Assembly (NCBI RefSeq): GCF_006345805.1
Contig: NC_042998.1
Span: 79,608,001 to 79,672,000 of the forward strand
Source: Octopus sinensis
Lineage: Eukaryota
Length of the DNA: 64,000 bases
Direction: 5' to 3'
The notes below the pieces were generated by a model that was given only the letters and a program-made list of their open reading frames with translations, was not told the origin of the DNA and did no database searches. The translations under genes were made by a program, and so were the position numbers. Within the stretch, counting starts at the first letter, position 1, and each line of letters starts with the position of its first letter. Below are positions 48,591 through 60,793 of the stretch, piece by piece.

Positions 48591-49154
48591 TAACATTTGA
48601 TAGAACAAAATATGCTTCAACACACAAGTACACATCAAGAATCTTGGAAACCAAATACAAAAGTGAAATAAATGTTAATTGCTATGATTAAATTAAATTC
48701 AGTCAAGGTGTTCAAAAGTGGAAAGATACTTTTAACCCGTTGCTTATATAACTTATGCTTGGTTACTTTCATACCTTATAAATAAATGCTATATATGTGC
48801 ACCTGTATGGTGTGTATATACATTCTCTTTGTTAACATCGTTTAATAGTTTTAACATCTCAAGATAAGAGAGCCTCTATATGGTTGCTCAACTTTCTAGG
48901 AGTAGCAGCTAAATCTCATTCTAAACACACCCTACCATCTTAAAAGAGGAAGAAAATGTGGCTAATTCAACCCTATATACAGTACTGTACCTGAAAAAGT
49001 TCACAGCTGGAATAGCTTCAATCATGGTTCTTTTTTATTACAATATGATTTGAGGTTAAGCAGCAACCATTGTCTTTCATTTGAAAGAGAATTAATCAGT
49101 TTTTACTTCATTTGTTTTATACTTTTCATATATTGTCTTTACCTATATATACAG

Positions 49155-49301
49155 CTGGTGTCTAACCCTCATCAATTTGATGTTATGGTACTTCCCAACC
49201 TCTATGGCAATATTGTGGATAATTTAGCTGCTGGTCTTATTGGAGGTGCAGGTGTTGTACCTGGTGGCAGTTATAGCCATGAAGTTGCTGTCTTTGAGCC
49301 A
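49155..49301 (+). CDS. IDH3B: IDH3B exon 8
   Basis: atacag|CTG..GAGCCA|gtaagt; [49 protein letters not shown], containing the IDH/IMDH signature NLYGNI. Confidence 0.97.
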
Positions 49302-49461
49302 GTAAGTGTTTATTACTTATATTACTTTCTTATAACTGCCTTTCTTTGATCTTAGTTACGAAGATGACAAGTATTTGGTTAAGTTCATAAAAAGGTGGAT
49401 AACAAAAGGATATGGTTTACAGCATGTGTAAGAGATAGGGGGAGTAAGTATTATATGATTA

Positions 49462-49657
49462 CTGTATTTGATGGCATAAAACATGCACAAGCATATCAGA
49501 TGCACCCAATCTCAGCTGTATATATTTGGTAAGAAAAACGTTTTAGTGCATTAAAGCTTATGGGAGCCCTAACTTTGCATACAGGACATGGAATATCTTT
49601 TTTTTTTTCTTCTTGAAACATTTTTTGAAAAAAATCCTTATATGCCATCAAATACAG
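49462..49657. mobile_element. TA-flanked MITE (Tc1/mariner superfamily)
   Basis: Perfect 17-bp TIR ctgtatttgatggcata / tatgccatcaaatacag with a TA on each side. Confidence 0.75.
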
Positions 49658-51089
49658 TAAGTTTGAGACAAATATATTTACTGAAGGTTTAAAGAAATAT
49701 TAATGCGAATTCTATAATCCCTTCATGTATAAACTTTTCATACCTAATCATCAGACACTGACGAAGCTGAAAAATAAAACAGCCACTTTATATAGTCTTA
49801 GTAATAAATTCTATCAGCAAACAGCTCAAAGTTGTTTAATGTTCTTTTGTTTTACATCCAATAAATTGATTAGCAAATCTTTTTAGATTGAAGATTTAAG
49901 TCACAACTCTTGAGGACTACAAGTATCTTGTGTCACTCCTAGTGAAAACAAAAAAGTAGAAAAAAATTAAGGCATAATAAGCCCTCCTGACATGTATATA
50001 AAAAAGCAGTTGCAGCATGAAATCTATTACAAATCTCAGCAACAGACATTTTTACTGTGTCTGAAGCATCAACACTTAAAAGAAGGAATCTTTTACTTTA
50101 ACAGAATCACTTCTTTTAATGAATCTGCTGTTAAGTAAAAGAACTAAAAAGGAAACTACTATTTACTCTAAAGAAACCAGCTGAATACTTGACACATGAT
50201 AACCAACCGCAACTGGAACGGTAGATGTGGGTTAAATCATGGGACTACTGTTAGAGTTTAAAGTTTTCTTTGTATATCTAAAATCACATTGGAAGATATT
50301 TTACAAAGTAAAGGAGGCTGTACATGTAACATGTGCACAATCTCATCAGCTTTGTTTGACTCTAATTTAATTAGTCTTAAATAATTTATAAGGCCACTTA
50401 ATTTGAGATCTATTTTGCTGTCAGACAGGGATAGTTATCAAGCTTTATTAACAAGAATAACTGTACAATCAGTAATCCTCATCATCAGTTTCAACATCCA
50501 CTTTTCCATGCTTTCATGGGTTGGAAAGAATTTATGAAAGTAAATGTTCTATGGCCAGATGCCTTTCCTGCTACCAACCTTCACCTACTTCCAAGTAAGT
50601 TAATATTTCCCTCATGATGGAAAATGTTTGCCTGCAACATTGGAACTGCAGCCATCTTTGTCAACCATTGCATTTATCAGATCTCATTGTCCTCTCATAT
50701 TGTCTTATTTTCCTTCACTCTTCCCATTCAATAACTTTTATTTTGAATTTAACTATAAAAAAAACATGGCGCCTGGATACAATTTAAATGTTGTGTAAAT
50801 ACAACCATAAAAAGAAACTTTAACACAAAACAAGGTAAATATTCTGATCACACACCATCATCCACATTTCTGTGCTTGCGTGGGCTGGATGGAATTTATT
50901 GAGCCAGATTTTCTATGTCTGGATGCCCTCCCTGTCACCAACCCTCACCTGTTTCTAAATAAGGTGATATTTCCCCATGGCCAGACACGTTTTACATGGA
51001 CGATTGGAAGTGAATGATATTCATTTACGAAACTCCAACGTCTGGCAGCTGATTTGGCAGACACCCATAAAATTATCAACCATCTTACA

Positions 51090-51440
51090 AACAATAACTC
51101 TGAGCACCTTTTCGAACTCCACCCGTGGACATATTTACAAAGTCAGAAAACAGCACAGCTCCCATGACTTTAGGAAACATTTTTTAATGCTGAGAGTTGC
51201 TGAAGCATGGAACTGCCGGCATCAGTTGTTAGTTGTCGGAGCACTGCATCCTTCAAAACTTCCATGCTTTCTGAGATTCGCCAACACTACATCTGATTTT
51301 CTCCCCTCCATACACACACAAGCTTGTATCTGACTCATACATTGTTCGCTTTCCAGACATTTGTACATTACTGCATACACCTTATACGCACTTTCTGACA
51401 AGTTGTGGTGCACCTGAGCACTATACAATAATTTCATTAT
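51090..51440 (+). mobile_element. CR1-clade LINE 3' end
   Basis: STRGHIYKVRKQHSSHDFRKHFLMLRVAEAWN, the CR1 C-terminal TRGH..RV..WN motif, followed by a (TTA)n tail. Confidence 0.7.
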
Positions 51441-51691
51441 TATTATTATTATTATTATTATCAATACAAGGAGACACAAACGTACACTTTCACATGCATA
51501 TATACAAATATGCATATAAGTGTATGTGTATATGACGAAATTCTATCAGCCTACCTAAACCCACTCATAAGGCTTTGGTTGGCCTGGGAAGGTGCCATGC
51601 AATGGGACTGAACCTGAAACCTTGTGCCTATTGTTTAATATATGTTTACCATAACTATGTAAATATTAATACTTTTTTTTTTATTTGCTAG

Positions 51692-51847
51692 GGTGCTCGC
51701 CATCCATATGCTGAGGCATTTGGTAAGAATATAGCCAACCCAACTGCCATCTTACGAGCTGCTTGTAAGATGCTTCAGCATATACACCTGGATTACCATG
51801 CTGATATGATATCAAAAGCTCTCTATAAAGTCATTGAAGAGGGCAAG
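51692..51847 (+). CDS. IDH3B: IDH3B exon 9
   Basis: tgctag|GGT..GGCAAG|gtcagt; [52 protein letters not shown]. The GARHP motif is diagnostic of the beta subunit. Confidence 0.96.
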
Positions 51848-52730
51848 GTCAGTTTCTTTATAACTTCTTTGTGGAAGGGAAAGTAGAGCTTAGGTGCTAA
51901 AGGAGTGATGTTGTGTCATTCGTTCATTTATCCACTTACCTTACAAATACTGGAATTTCTATCTTTGTTATTTTCTACAACCTAATGATAAAGTTAGTTT
52001 TCTCACCAACAATATCTAGGTCACTGGTTGGGTATAATTGAAGAAATAAATAATATTCAAGTGTTGTGTATGTAATTAGCATTGTAAATTTATATGTATT
52101 AGGCTTTAGTTGGCTTTATATGGGTGTATGTGTCTGTTGCTTGTTTCTGAAGAATTTTATATTTATGGAATGGTTGTATACTGTCAATTTAATGTGACAG
52201 TAGGGGATTACACCACTGCTGTTTAGCCCTAGGAAGCATCGACGCTTCCTGATGGCTTCGACACATTTTTTCTTGTGTCCTTATATATTTACGAAGGGGA
52301 GACAAACACCTCCAGCAGCCAATTGTTACTCTAGCCAAGACAATGACATCTTTTTGTATGTCAGAATACATTATCCAGTGAATTCTTCTTTATTGAAAAT
52401 TGTAGTATGTTATTTGAGGGAGTTATGGCTGCTTTTCTGGCAAGCCAAGGAACCACATAGTCCCCTCTATTACCTCATTTATCATGTTTCAGTCCAGCTG
52501 TTGTCAGTAACATGGAATTAAAAAAAGTCTCATTGCTTGTGACTGTAAGAATGCACATTTGAAGATTTCGCTGTTGGAGTCATTTCTATAGAAGTGACTC
52601 GGCTAAGTATACAGCAAAGGCTTCAGTGCTTTCCAAAATATGTTTGTCAAGTTAGAAGTTTTTGCTGATATGATATGAACTTTTTGTTGTTCTTTTGGAT
52701 GCTTGCTTAGTCCAATATTTTCTGTTGCAG

Positions 52731-52808
52731 ATTCGAACTCCTGACATGGGTGGCTACTCTTCAACAACTGATCTCACATTGGCAGTCATTGACAACTTAA
52801 ATCTATGA
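52731..52808 (+). CDS. IDH3B: IDH3B exon 10 (last, stop TGA)
   Basis: ttgcag|ATT..CTATGA; IRTPDMGGYSSTTDLTLAVIDNLNL*. The exon lengths sum to 1161 nt (386 aa plus stop). Confidence 0.95.
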   Translation: MRTPDMGGYSSTTDLTLAVIDNLNL

Positions 52809-52894
52809 TAATAGATAACTGTATCTAACATTTTTGCTTCTGTTTTATTGTTGTCATTATAAGTACTATTTTGTTACAAAATAATTTGTGAACC

Positions 52895-52900
52895 ATTAAA
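52895..52900 (+). promoter_or_regulatory. candidate polyadenylation signal of IDH3B (ATTAAA)
   Basis: Variant hexamer about 87 nt after the stop. An AATAAA also occurs inside the SINE near 53047. Confidence 0.3.
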
Positions 52901-52926
52901 TTGTTAATATTATGCTTAAGAAGAAT

Positions 52927-53130
52927 GCAGTGAGCTGGCAGAATCATTAGCACACCAGGCAAAATGCTTAGCAGCATTTCATTCATCATTCTGAGTTCAA
53001 ATTCCGCCAAGGTCGACTTTGCCTTTCATCCTTTCGGGGTTGATAAAATAAAGTACCAATTGAGCACTGGGATCAATGTAATTGACTTACCCCTCCCCCA
53101 AAATGACTGGCCTTGTGTCAAAATTTAAAA
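52927..53130 (+). mobile_element. Nin/Deu-like SINE in the IDH3B 3' region
   Basis: gtcgactttgcctttcatcctttcggggttgataaaataaagtacc. Confidence 0.75.
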
Positions 53131-55598
53131 CAAATATTATACTTAATAAGAGCAGTGGATTTGCTCACAGATTTATTAGAGACTGAGCAAAATGCTTGTT
53201 GGTATTTAGTTACAGCCCTTTGTGTTCAGAATTCAAATCCTGTTGAAGTCAACATGCCTTTCATCATTTGGAGGCTGATACAATAAAGCACCAGTCAAGT
53301 ACTGGAGTCAGTTTAATTGATCATATATGTCAGCAAAATGTGTGGCCTTGCACCTATGTTAGAAATCAATGTTAGGCTTAATTTATACATGCAAATATTA
53401 AAGAACAAGATGAATGAGAATATTCTCTTCCAGTTTTATACCAGTATGTTCTGTTTATTATATACAAATCATGAAACTGTAACAGGTTGTTACATTTAAT
53501 CAGAATCTGTAGTAATTGTAGCTCATTCTCCTGGATTTGAGCCTGAGTTACCATCCTATTTAAAGGACCAGTTGTGTGTACATTTCATTCTATAGCTCTC
53601 TTCACAGGAATAGAGGATCTAGCAGTCAGAAATACTCAGTGTGCAAAGACTGCTCCATTATTTCCATTTATAGTCAGGTAAAAATTGTTATTATTTCTGT
53701 TTCATTATGAAGTTCAATTTTCAGGAAGGGATTCCATTAAAATTCATCTTTACTGCTCTTAGATTAACACACCTAGAGTAAACAATATGCTTTGAGAAAA
53801 ATTAATAAACGAACAGAATATTTACATTTAAAACTAGAATTCATAGATTTTTTTTTCTTTCCATTGTTGAAAACTTGTAATGTTTAGAAAGAACTTAGTA
53901 ATAATTTCATGTCTTGGTGTCAGTCCATTGTAAATATACTCCAGTTTTCAGTGGAAATTAAGTTTGGTTTGTTTAGTAACAACTCAGGAATTTCATTGAG
54001 TAGAATGTTTTTAGGCTGACATGATAGAATGTCTACAGTTATTGGGACACCAATCTGGCAACATAACAGGCAATTTTCTATTACTGTCTTTTTTGGTTGT
54101 TGCCTTATAGCAAATGATGAATGCATTTGGTATACAACATATCATTTAATCATGCTGTTTAGAAATTTAGGTTTAAAACTCATATTACTGAGAAAATTAT
54201 CAGGAATTGCATGATGGCAATTTCTACCTTTATTGTAGTCATTGTCAGACTTGATGTAGAATGGGGAACCATATAGTTTTTAAAACTAGACAAGAAAATG
54301 TGAGACTTGATCAGGTTTATATGAAATTTATGATAAAGGATATATTTGGTTTAAGAAATTATCTTCATATTTTTTCTTTTTATAATTCTTCCACAGGAGT
54401 CATGCAGATGTAGTACAACTACAATTGCTTGAACTAAGATTGAATTACGAGCTTTTCGTTACAAATGTAAAGTTCAGTCCATATTAAAACATTTACAGAT
54501 GTGTTAAAAAAATATGGTCTTTGAGGTTTGCCACTAAGTTATGTAAAAACAATTTAAAATATCTAACAATGACTTTAATATGGTAAAGTGCACAAATTTT
54601 ATTAGTGGTTAGTTTCACATGATTTTTTCCTGATTAACGAAACTACACGAATAGTAAACAACATAAATGTCAGCTATTATTACCTTTCCTTCAACAGTTT
54701 TAACCATGAATGAGTCATTTAGAGAATCATATCAATATCTCACTGTTGAATATTTTCTTTATTCTTAAAATAATTTCACATTTAAACTTTTACAAAGATG
54801 AAAAATAAATGTCTTGACTTGCTGTTTTTTGTGAAAAGATTTTTTATTTAATATTTATTTACAATAAAACAAGTGGATTATTTCATACTAAACAATGTTT
54901 TTTCTCATAGAAACTAGATTTTTTATGTGTGAAATGATGAAAAGATTTAGAAATCAATGTATAAGATTTGAATTCTTATTTAATACAATATGAAATGTTT
55001 GTAAATAAATGCATTAACAAATCTCAGCTTTACATGTATCTTCTTTTTCTTTTTAAATTATAATTCAAATATTTAAAATAAATGAATTATAATTTTGCAA
55101 TATAAAAACAAAGATATTTTTATTTGAAGACAGGCATTCTGAGACATTCTGAGATTAACAGAAACTTATACATTTCAATAAAACCAAGACAAATTATTTT
55201 TAGCTGAGCATGGTATTTTGTATGACAAAATAATATTAGTGGTCTACTGTTAGTTCAACACATTTAGTACCACAAGATGTCAATTGTAATACTGAAGTAC
55301 ATGCAATCTGATTTCAGATTTGGTATTTTAAGATAATGCACTTTATTCATTCAAATCAAACTAATCCACAGATCAAGATAACTAGAATAGTTGGCAATTA
55401 TCTGTGGAGCAAAAAGGGCAATATTGTACAAACTTTATCACTAATGATGTGTATATGGTTACAAGTCCATAGGTTGTGAGGTCTGTAAAATGATTGACAT
55501 TTTACAATGGTACAAAAAAGAAAATGACAGCATCGATATTTCTCATGTTTGGTGTACTTACTCGATTAGTGAATACATATATAATACACTTTTTGGTT

Positions 55599-55643
55599 TT
55601 ATTTCTTTTTTGGTAAACTTTTCAACATCCATGATACACCAAC
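55599..55643 (-). CDS. ARL3: ADP-ribosylation factor-like protein 3, last coding exon
   Basis: minus strand tttcag|GTT GGT GTA TCA TGG ATG TTG AAA AGT TTA CCA AAA AAG AAA TAA = VGVSWMLKSLPKKK*, matching the ARL3 C-terminal KKK. Confidence 0.88.
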   Translation of the reverse strand, partial: VGVSWMLKSLPKKK

Positions 55644-56914
55644 CTGAAAAAGAAAACAGATCACAGCATGAATATGTCAACTTAAATTTCTAAATGAATG
55701 GTTAAGAAGTTCGCTTCCCAACTACATGTTTCCAAGTTCAGTTCCACTGCGTGACACCTTGGGCGAGTGTCTTCTATTATAGCCCCAAGCCAGTTAAAAG
55801 TCTTGTGAGTGGATTTTGTTGACAAAACCTGAAAGTGCATTGCAGGTATGATGTGTTCAGTGGAGGAAGAGAATAGTCAACATTTTACAAATCTGTCATA
55901 AAAGCTGTTTAAAATTTGTTTCAAGGTTTTTTTGTTAAGTTACTAATTGGAATATGTATGTAAGTGAACTATTGTTATCTAATAAGTGTTGATATATTGA
56001 AAAAAGAAGACAATTGTAATTTTTTTATTATATCTTTTTGATTCATAGCTAGCTTATAAATGACTGAAATGTTTTGGTTATATTGGAGATATTAATTTCA
56101 TAACACACACACACACAAAAATAATAAGAGGAAAAGAAAACAGGATAAAAGTCCATCACATATCTATACCAAACAAATTTAATTATCAGACAACTTTTTG
56201 TCTCTACAACACTTGGAATCCTCTGAGCCCATCTCTTGTTTGCTTACTACCAACCTTCCACCTTAAATTTTCATGTGAAAGAGTGTGAATTAAGCTCTAA
56301 TCATTTTTTTTTTACATGGATAAAAATGAGGTTTCAGATATACCTTCAAAATGAGAAAAGCAATTTTTGAAAATTTGTTGAATATTCCCTTCTACTGAAT
56401 ACTTCATATATATATGGTGTAAGTGAATTAATGTTGACCTTCATATTCATATTTTTGCCAGTTGTAAATAATGACCTTGCAGGCAAACAATATCATTTGC
56501 TTGCAGTTTACTGTGGAACCACACTCAGGTTTCTTGACATGGCACATAATCTTTGTAAAAGAAAGGCCTCATTCAACTGGTGTCATTTGTTTCCAGATCT
56601 TTGCATAACAACATCCAAATCGTTTCTTGTTTGACAGATTGAAGGGGCATTAGTGTTAGGAAGGGATCCAGCCATAGAAAAATTCTGCTCCAGCTTAGTC
56701 TTGTCTGACCCATACAGGTCTTTATTATGCAAGCATGGAAAGACTTTAAAAATAATAATGAAGATATATCATCTCACCCAAGTTATTTACATAAAAATAA
56801 GTACAAAACAGAGAAAGAAATATAATGGTTAGGAAACCAATGATATTAAAGTGTTAAAGAATGAAATAAGAAAGAAAGAAGCATCAAAATAATCACTCAA
56901 ACTGTTAGATCATA

Positions 56915-57308
56915 TTGGGTTGGTGCACAATTATTGCAGCTTTTTTTCAACAAATTTTATCCAACATAAACAATAGCATTATTTAACAAAAACATCTTTA
57001 AATGACGATCTGACCGTCTGTCAAGCAAATGGGAAGCAGTAATTGAAGTAGAGGAGAATATCATCATCATCATCGTTTAACGTCCGTTCTCCATGCTAGC
57101 ATGGGTTGGACGGTTCGACAGGGGATCTGGGAAGCCAGAAGGCTGCACCAGGCTCCGGTCTTATCCGGCAATGTTTCTACAGCTGGATGCCCTTCCTAAC
57201 GCCAACCACTCCGTGAGTGTAGTGGGTGCTTTTTAATCATTTAAAGATGTTTTTGTTACATGTTGTTATTGTTGATAAAAAAGCTGCAATAATTATGCAC
57301 CAACTCAA
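56915..57308. mobile_element. mariner-derived MITE with a nested RTE 3' end (57060-57234)
   Basis: TA-flanked TIRs ttgggttggtgcacaattattgcagc / gctgcaataattatgcaccaactcaa. Confidence 0.8.
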
Positions 57309-57799
57309 TAATTTAAACAAAAATGAGTGGCCATACAACATAAATTCTTGATTTATTAAAATCATCTCCACCTCTAGAGCATGTATCCAGCCCCCGGCCA
57401 CTTGAGAAGGGGAGATAATCTCAAGATTCAAATATTCTTCAAAACTGACATGCCATAAAGGAAGACAGGCTTTATTGTTTGGGGATAAGAGGACAGTTGT
57501 GGATGCGTTTCTAGATCAACAGCTGTTGTTAGCATGATAATTGTCTGACATTATCTCCAGAAGCCAAGGGACTTAAAATTTATACAAGATAGAGTATAGC
57601 ATTTATGGCTTACACAACTGTCTAAAACAAACAAAAAAAAACTGGAAGGACACATTGGATATTGTAGCCCTAAATGTATTACATCTGAAATTAGGATGAG
57701 AAGGTTATGAATGGAACATCTTTGCAGGTTCTCAATTAACTGGGGACAAACCCAAAAAAACTTAAACAAACACAGTATTTCTAAGTAACTAGAACTTAC

Positions 57800-57985
57800 A
57801 TCAATTCCCTCTCCAGTCATCGCAGAACAAGGACAGATTTGCCATTTGCGATCTCGAAGAGCATGTAAATTGAGACCATTAGCTATTTGTGAGGCTTCTG
57901 CTGCATTCAGAAGATCCTGTTTGTTGGCAAACACTAACAGTGGCACACCATTCAACTTCTCCTCCTCCATTAATTCAAACAGCTC
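57800..57985 (-). CDS. ARL3: ARL3 coding exon (G4/G5 motifs)
   Basis: ttacag|GAG..GAT|gtaagt; [62 protein letters not shown]. Confidence 0.96.
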
Positions 57986-58577
57986 CTGTAAGAAATATAA
58001 TATTGTATGATTTCACTTAGGTATTGTTGTTAGAACTCATCTGCTTTAGAGTAAAGCATTAGGCAGGTACAGAGCATAATGTGAATAACTGAATGAAAAT
58101 GGAACAAGTTATGTAAATGACTTCATTAACTTTAAAGTTTACACACACACACACATAGTTCAAATTTACAGAAAACAAAAGACAAAAGAGGAACAAGCAG
58201 GTGTATTAGTTTGATGCTTGGGAAGAATGGAAACGTCTTTGATATCGTGAGCCTATGCCCTTCAACAGAAGGGGTTAAGAGGGAAAAAAAAGGAGAGAGA
58301 ATGAAAAAAATGTATACGGATTAATGGTTTAACATGATTGGTGGCAGCAGCACCACTCCTGTCTGAGTTTGGTTCATCTGGTGCCCCCATGATGCTTAAA
58401 CCTGATATGGCTCAGAAGGCCAAGTTGGGAATGGAACAGCCCCAGGCATTTATCACATGGCAGGGCGGGTGGTGGTCTAGGCTGAAGTTGCTGGGCCTTG
58501 AGTTACATTCTTTTTGCTTCTTCTTCAGTCTTTCTCTTCTCCTCGAAAGTGGAACAGTCGAAATGAATTGCTCTTCG

Positions 58578-59122
58578 CCAAGGTTTGATCAAAAAGTATC
58601 AGGACTATTACTATAGTAACAGAGCTAAAGTATGCGGAGTGAAGCCACTTGGCACAGATTAAACTTTAACTCTGTTGTGCATGCACACTAAGTTATTATG
58701 CTCTCACTCACTTCTACTCTTTATAGCAGTGCTTGGAAGTAATGTGTGTAGAGTGTGGTTGTCTCAAAAAGATCAGGTTTCAGCTGTGCAGAATCTCCTT
58801 GATAGTGTTATGAAAGATAAGTGTTTGCAAACAGTCATAATCATAAGTCTATGGCTATAACCTTGAAACCAAAGATCAGTCTTCACAGTGGAAGACTCAC
58901 AGCAAAATTTCAAGACTTCAAGGAAATCAAAGAGAATGCAACCATACACCTGCTCACTGTTCCCAAAAAGGAGTTCCAAGAATGCTTTCATCAATGGATA
59001 CAACTCTGGATAAAGTGTGTGGCTTCAGAAGGGGATTACTTAGGAGATTAAATGCTGAATTGATATGTGCTGTAGTTCTCTTTTTCTAGTGCTAATCCTC
59101 ATACTTTTTGATCAAACCTCGT
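58578..59122 (+). mobile_element. internally deleted mariner
   Basis: TIRs ggtttgatcaaaaagtatcagga / tcctcatactttttgatcaaacctcgta; KEFQECFHQWIQLWIKCVASEGDY transposase C-terminus. Confidence 0.75.
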
Positions 59123-59891
59123 ATACATACACTCACACAGACATATACATAAACATTAAAAGATTAGTGTGCTTTTAAAATTACAAACATACCACATTAG
59201 TCATGCCTAATAATTCAGCAATGGTTGAGGGTTTTTCCATGAAAAATAAACCAAAGCATTTTCAATGTGGTGAAAGCACAGAGATGCCTGTATGATTAAT
59301 TTTGCAACCATTAGGTTTTGAGTTCAGTCCCACTGTATGGCACCTTGGGCAAGTGTCTTCTACTGAAGTCCCAGGCTGACCAATGCTTTCTGAGTGAATT
59401 TGATAGATGGAACCTGTGTGGAAACCCATTGTGTGTGTGTCTTTGTAATTGTGTTTGTTCTCACCATCATGCTTGACAACCATTGTTGGTTTGTTTACAT
59501 CCTCATAACTGAGTAGTCTGGCAAATAGAATAAGTACAAGATTCTTCTGATACTAATAAAATAAGTACCAGATTCTTCTTCAGATTTAGAAAATGCACCA
59601 GAGACAGTCACAATTGGAATGGCTTTGGTTATAAGTTTGCTAGGTCACAGCTGACTTGGGACTAAACAACACAAATTATTGCAACTATGTGCAGTAATTT
59701 GTGCCATTACATCTGTGAAATTACTTGACTAGTTAAAAATGGAAGAAAAATTTCTTACACTTACACTCTAGACTAGATAAAGAATACACTATGCCTAATA
59801 AAAAGATGAAATGCCAATGATGGAATGCTAATCAAATGATAGAAAGATGTTAAAATATTGATGTGAATGTATTGTCGATATTTTAACTTAC

Positions 59892-59942
59892 CTCACCAGT
59901 TTCTTCAAAACGTTTTTTGTCTGAACTATCAATAACATATAT
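59892..59942 (-). CDS. ARL3: ARL3 coding exon
   Basis: tttcag|ATA..GAG|gtaagt; IYVIDSSDKKRFEETGE. Confidence 0.95.
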
Positions 59943-60723
59943 CTGAAAGAGAAGAAACGTGTGAAATATTTAATTATTTGTTTAGTGCTGAGTGAATGAA
60001 TTTTAAATTTTTTCTTGGCAAATCAAATCTTTAATCTGATTGCAATTCATGATTAAACTTTTCTAAATGATAGACAAAAAAAGCTCACTTTTTGCTTCTT
60101 CACCTCAAAAGCTCACTTTTTCTCTTCTCCTCAAAAGTGGAACGGTCAAAATGAATTGCTCTTCACCAAGGTCTGATCAAAATGTATCAGGACTTACTAT
60201 AGTAACAGTGCTAAAGTATGCAGAGTGAAGCCACTTGGTACATATTGAATGAGTGTGCTGTCTCTGACTCTGTCTTTTATATGACTACAACTGCTTCTGC
60301 TCCTTAGAACTAGCTAACTCCAATCTGACCCACCTATTTCTTCTCCTTTCATCACCAATAGTATTTCACTTAAACCATACCCCTCGCTATTTACTATGCT
60401 CATTTCTTCATTTCCACAACATCTTTGGGAATTCCTTTCTTATCCATATTTCTCCCCACAGACATCAACTTTCAGATGTTCAAAGTGACATCAACCCTAG
60501 CAATCTCTTAAGTTTCAGGTAACCTGCAAAAGCCATGGACATAGTTCCTTCTTCTTGTCTAAATTATTATTGTTGTTATCATTATTACTGCTGCCACTAC
60601 CTAACCCACCACCACCACCTTCATTTTACAAACAAGAAAGTAAATTTTGAATGCAGTATGGCTGTGAAAACAGCAGAAAGATTGGGTATTTTACTCTTAT
60701 AAGACAGAAAAAATTGTCAGCAT

Positions 60724-60793
60724 ACAGCTATGGGACTTGAACCCATACCCCTCGGATACCAGCTGAGTAATCTGTCATTAAGCTAAACGGCCC
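60724..60793 (-). mobile_element. decayed tRNA-like sequence (Thr GGT-like), probably a SINE head
   Basis: Intact T arm atggg ttcaagt cccat; the acceptor and D stems are broken. Confidence 0.45.

Noticed and set aside
49755-49800. CTGACGA A GCTG..CAGC hammerhead-like start
   Set aside because: No GAAA follows stem II and there is no convincing stem I or III.
60724-60793. Functional tRNA-Thr(GGT) gene
   Set aside because: The acceptor and D stems are broken and GGT is not a usual eukaryotic anticodon. It is better explained as a decayed SINE head.
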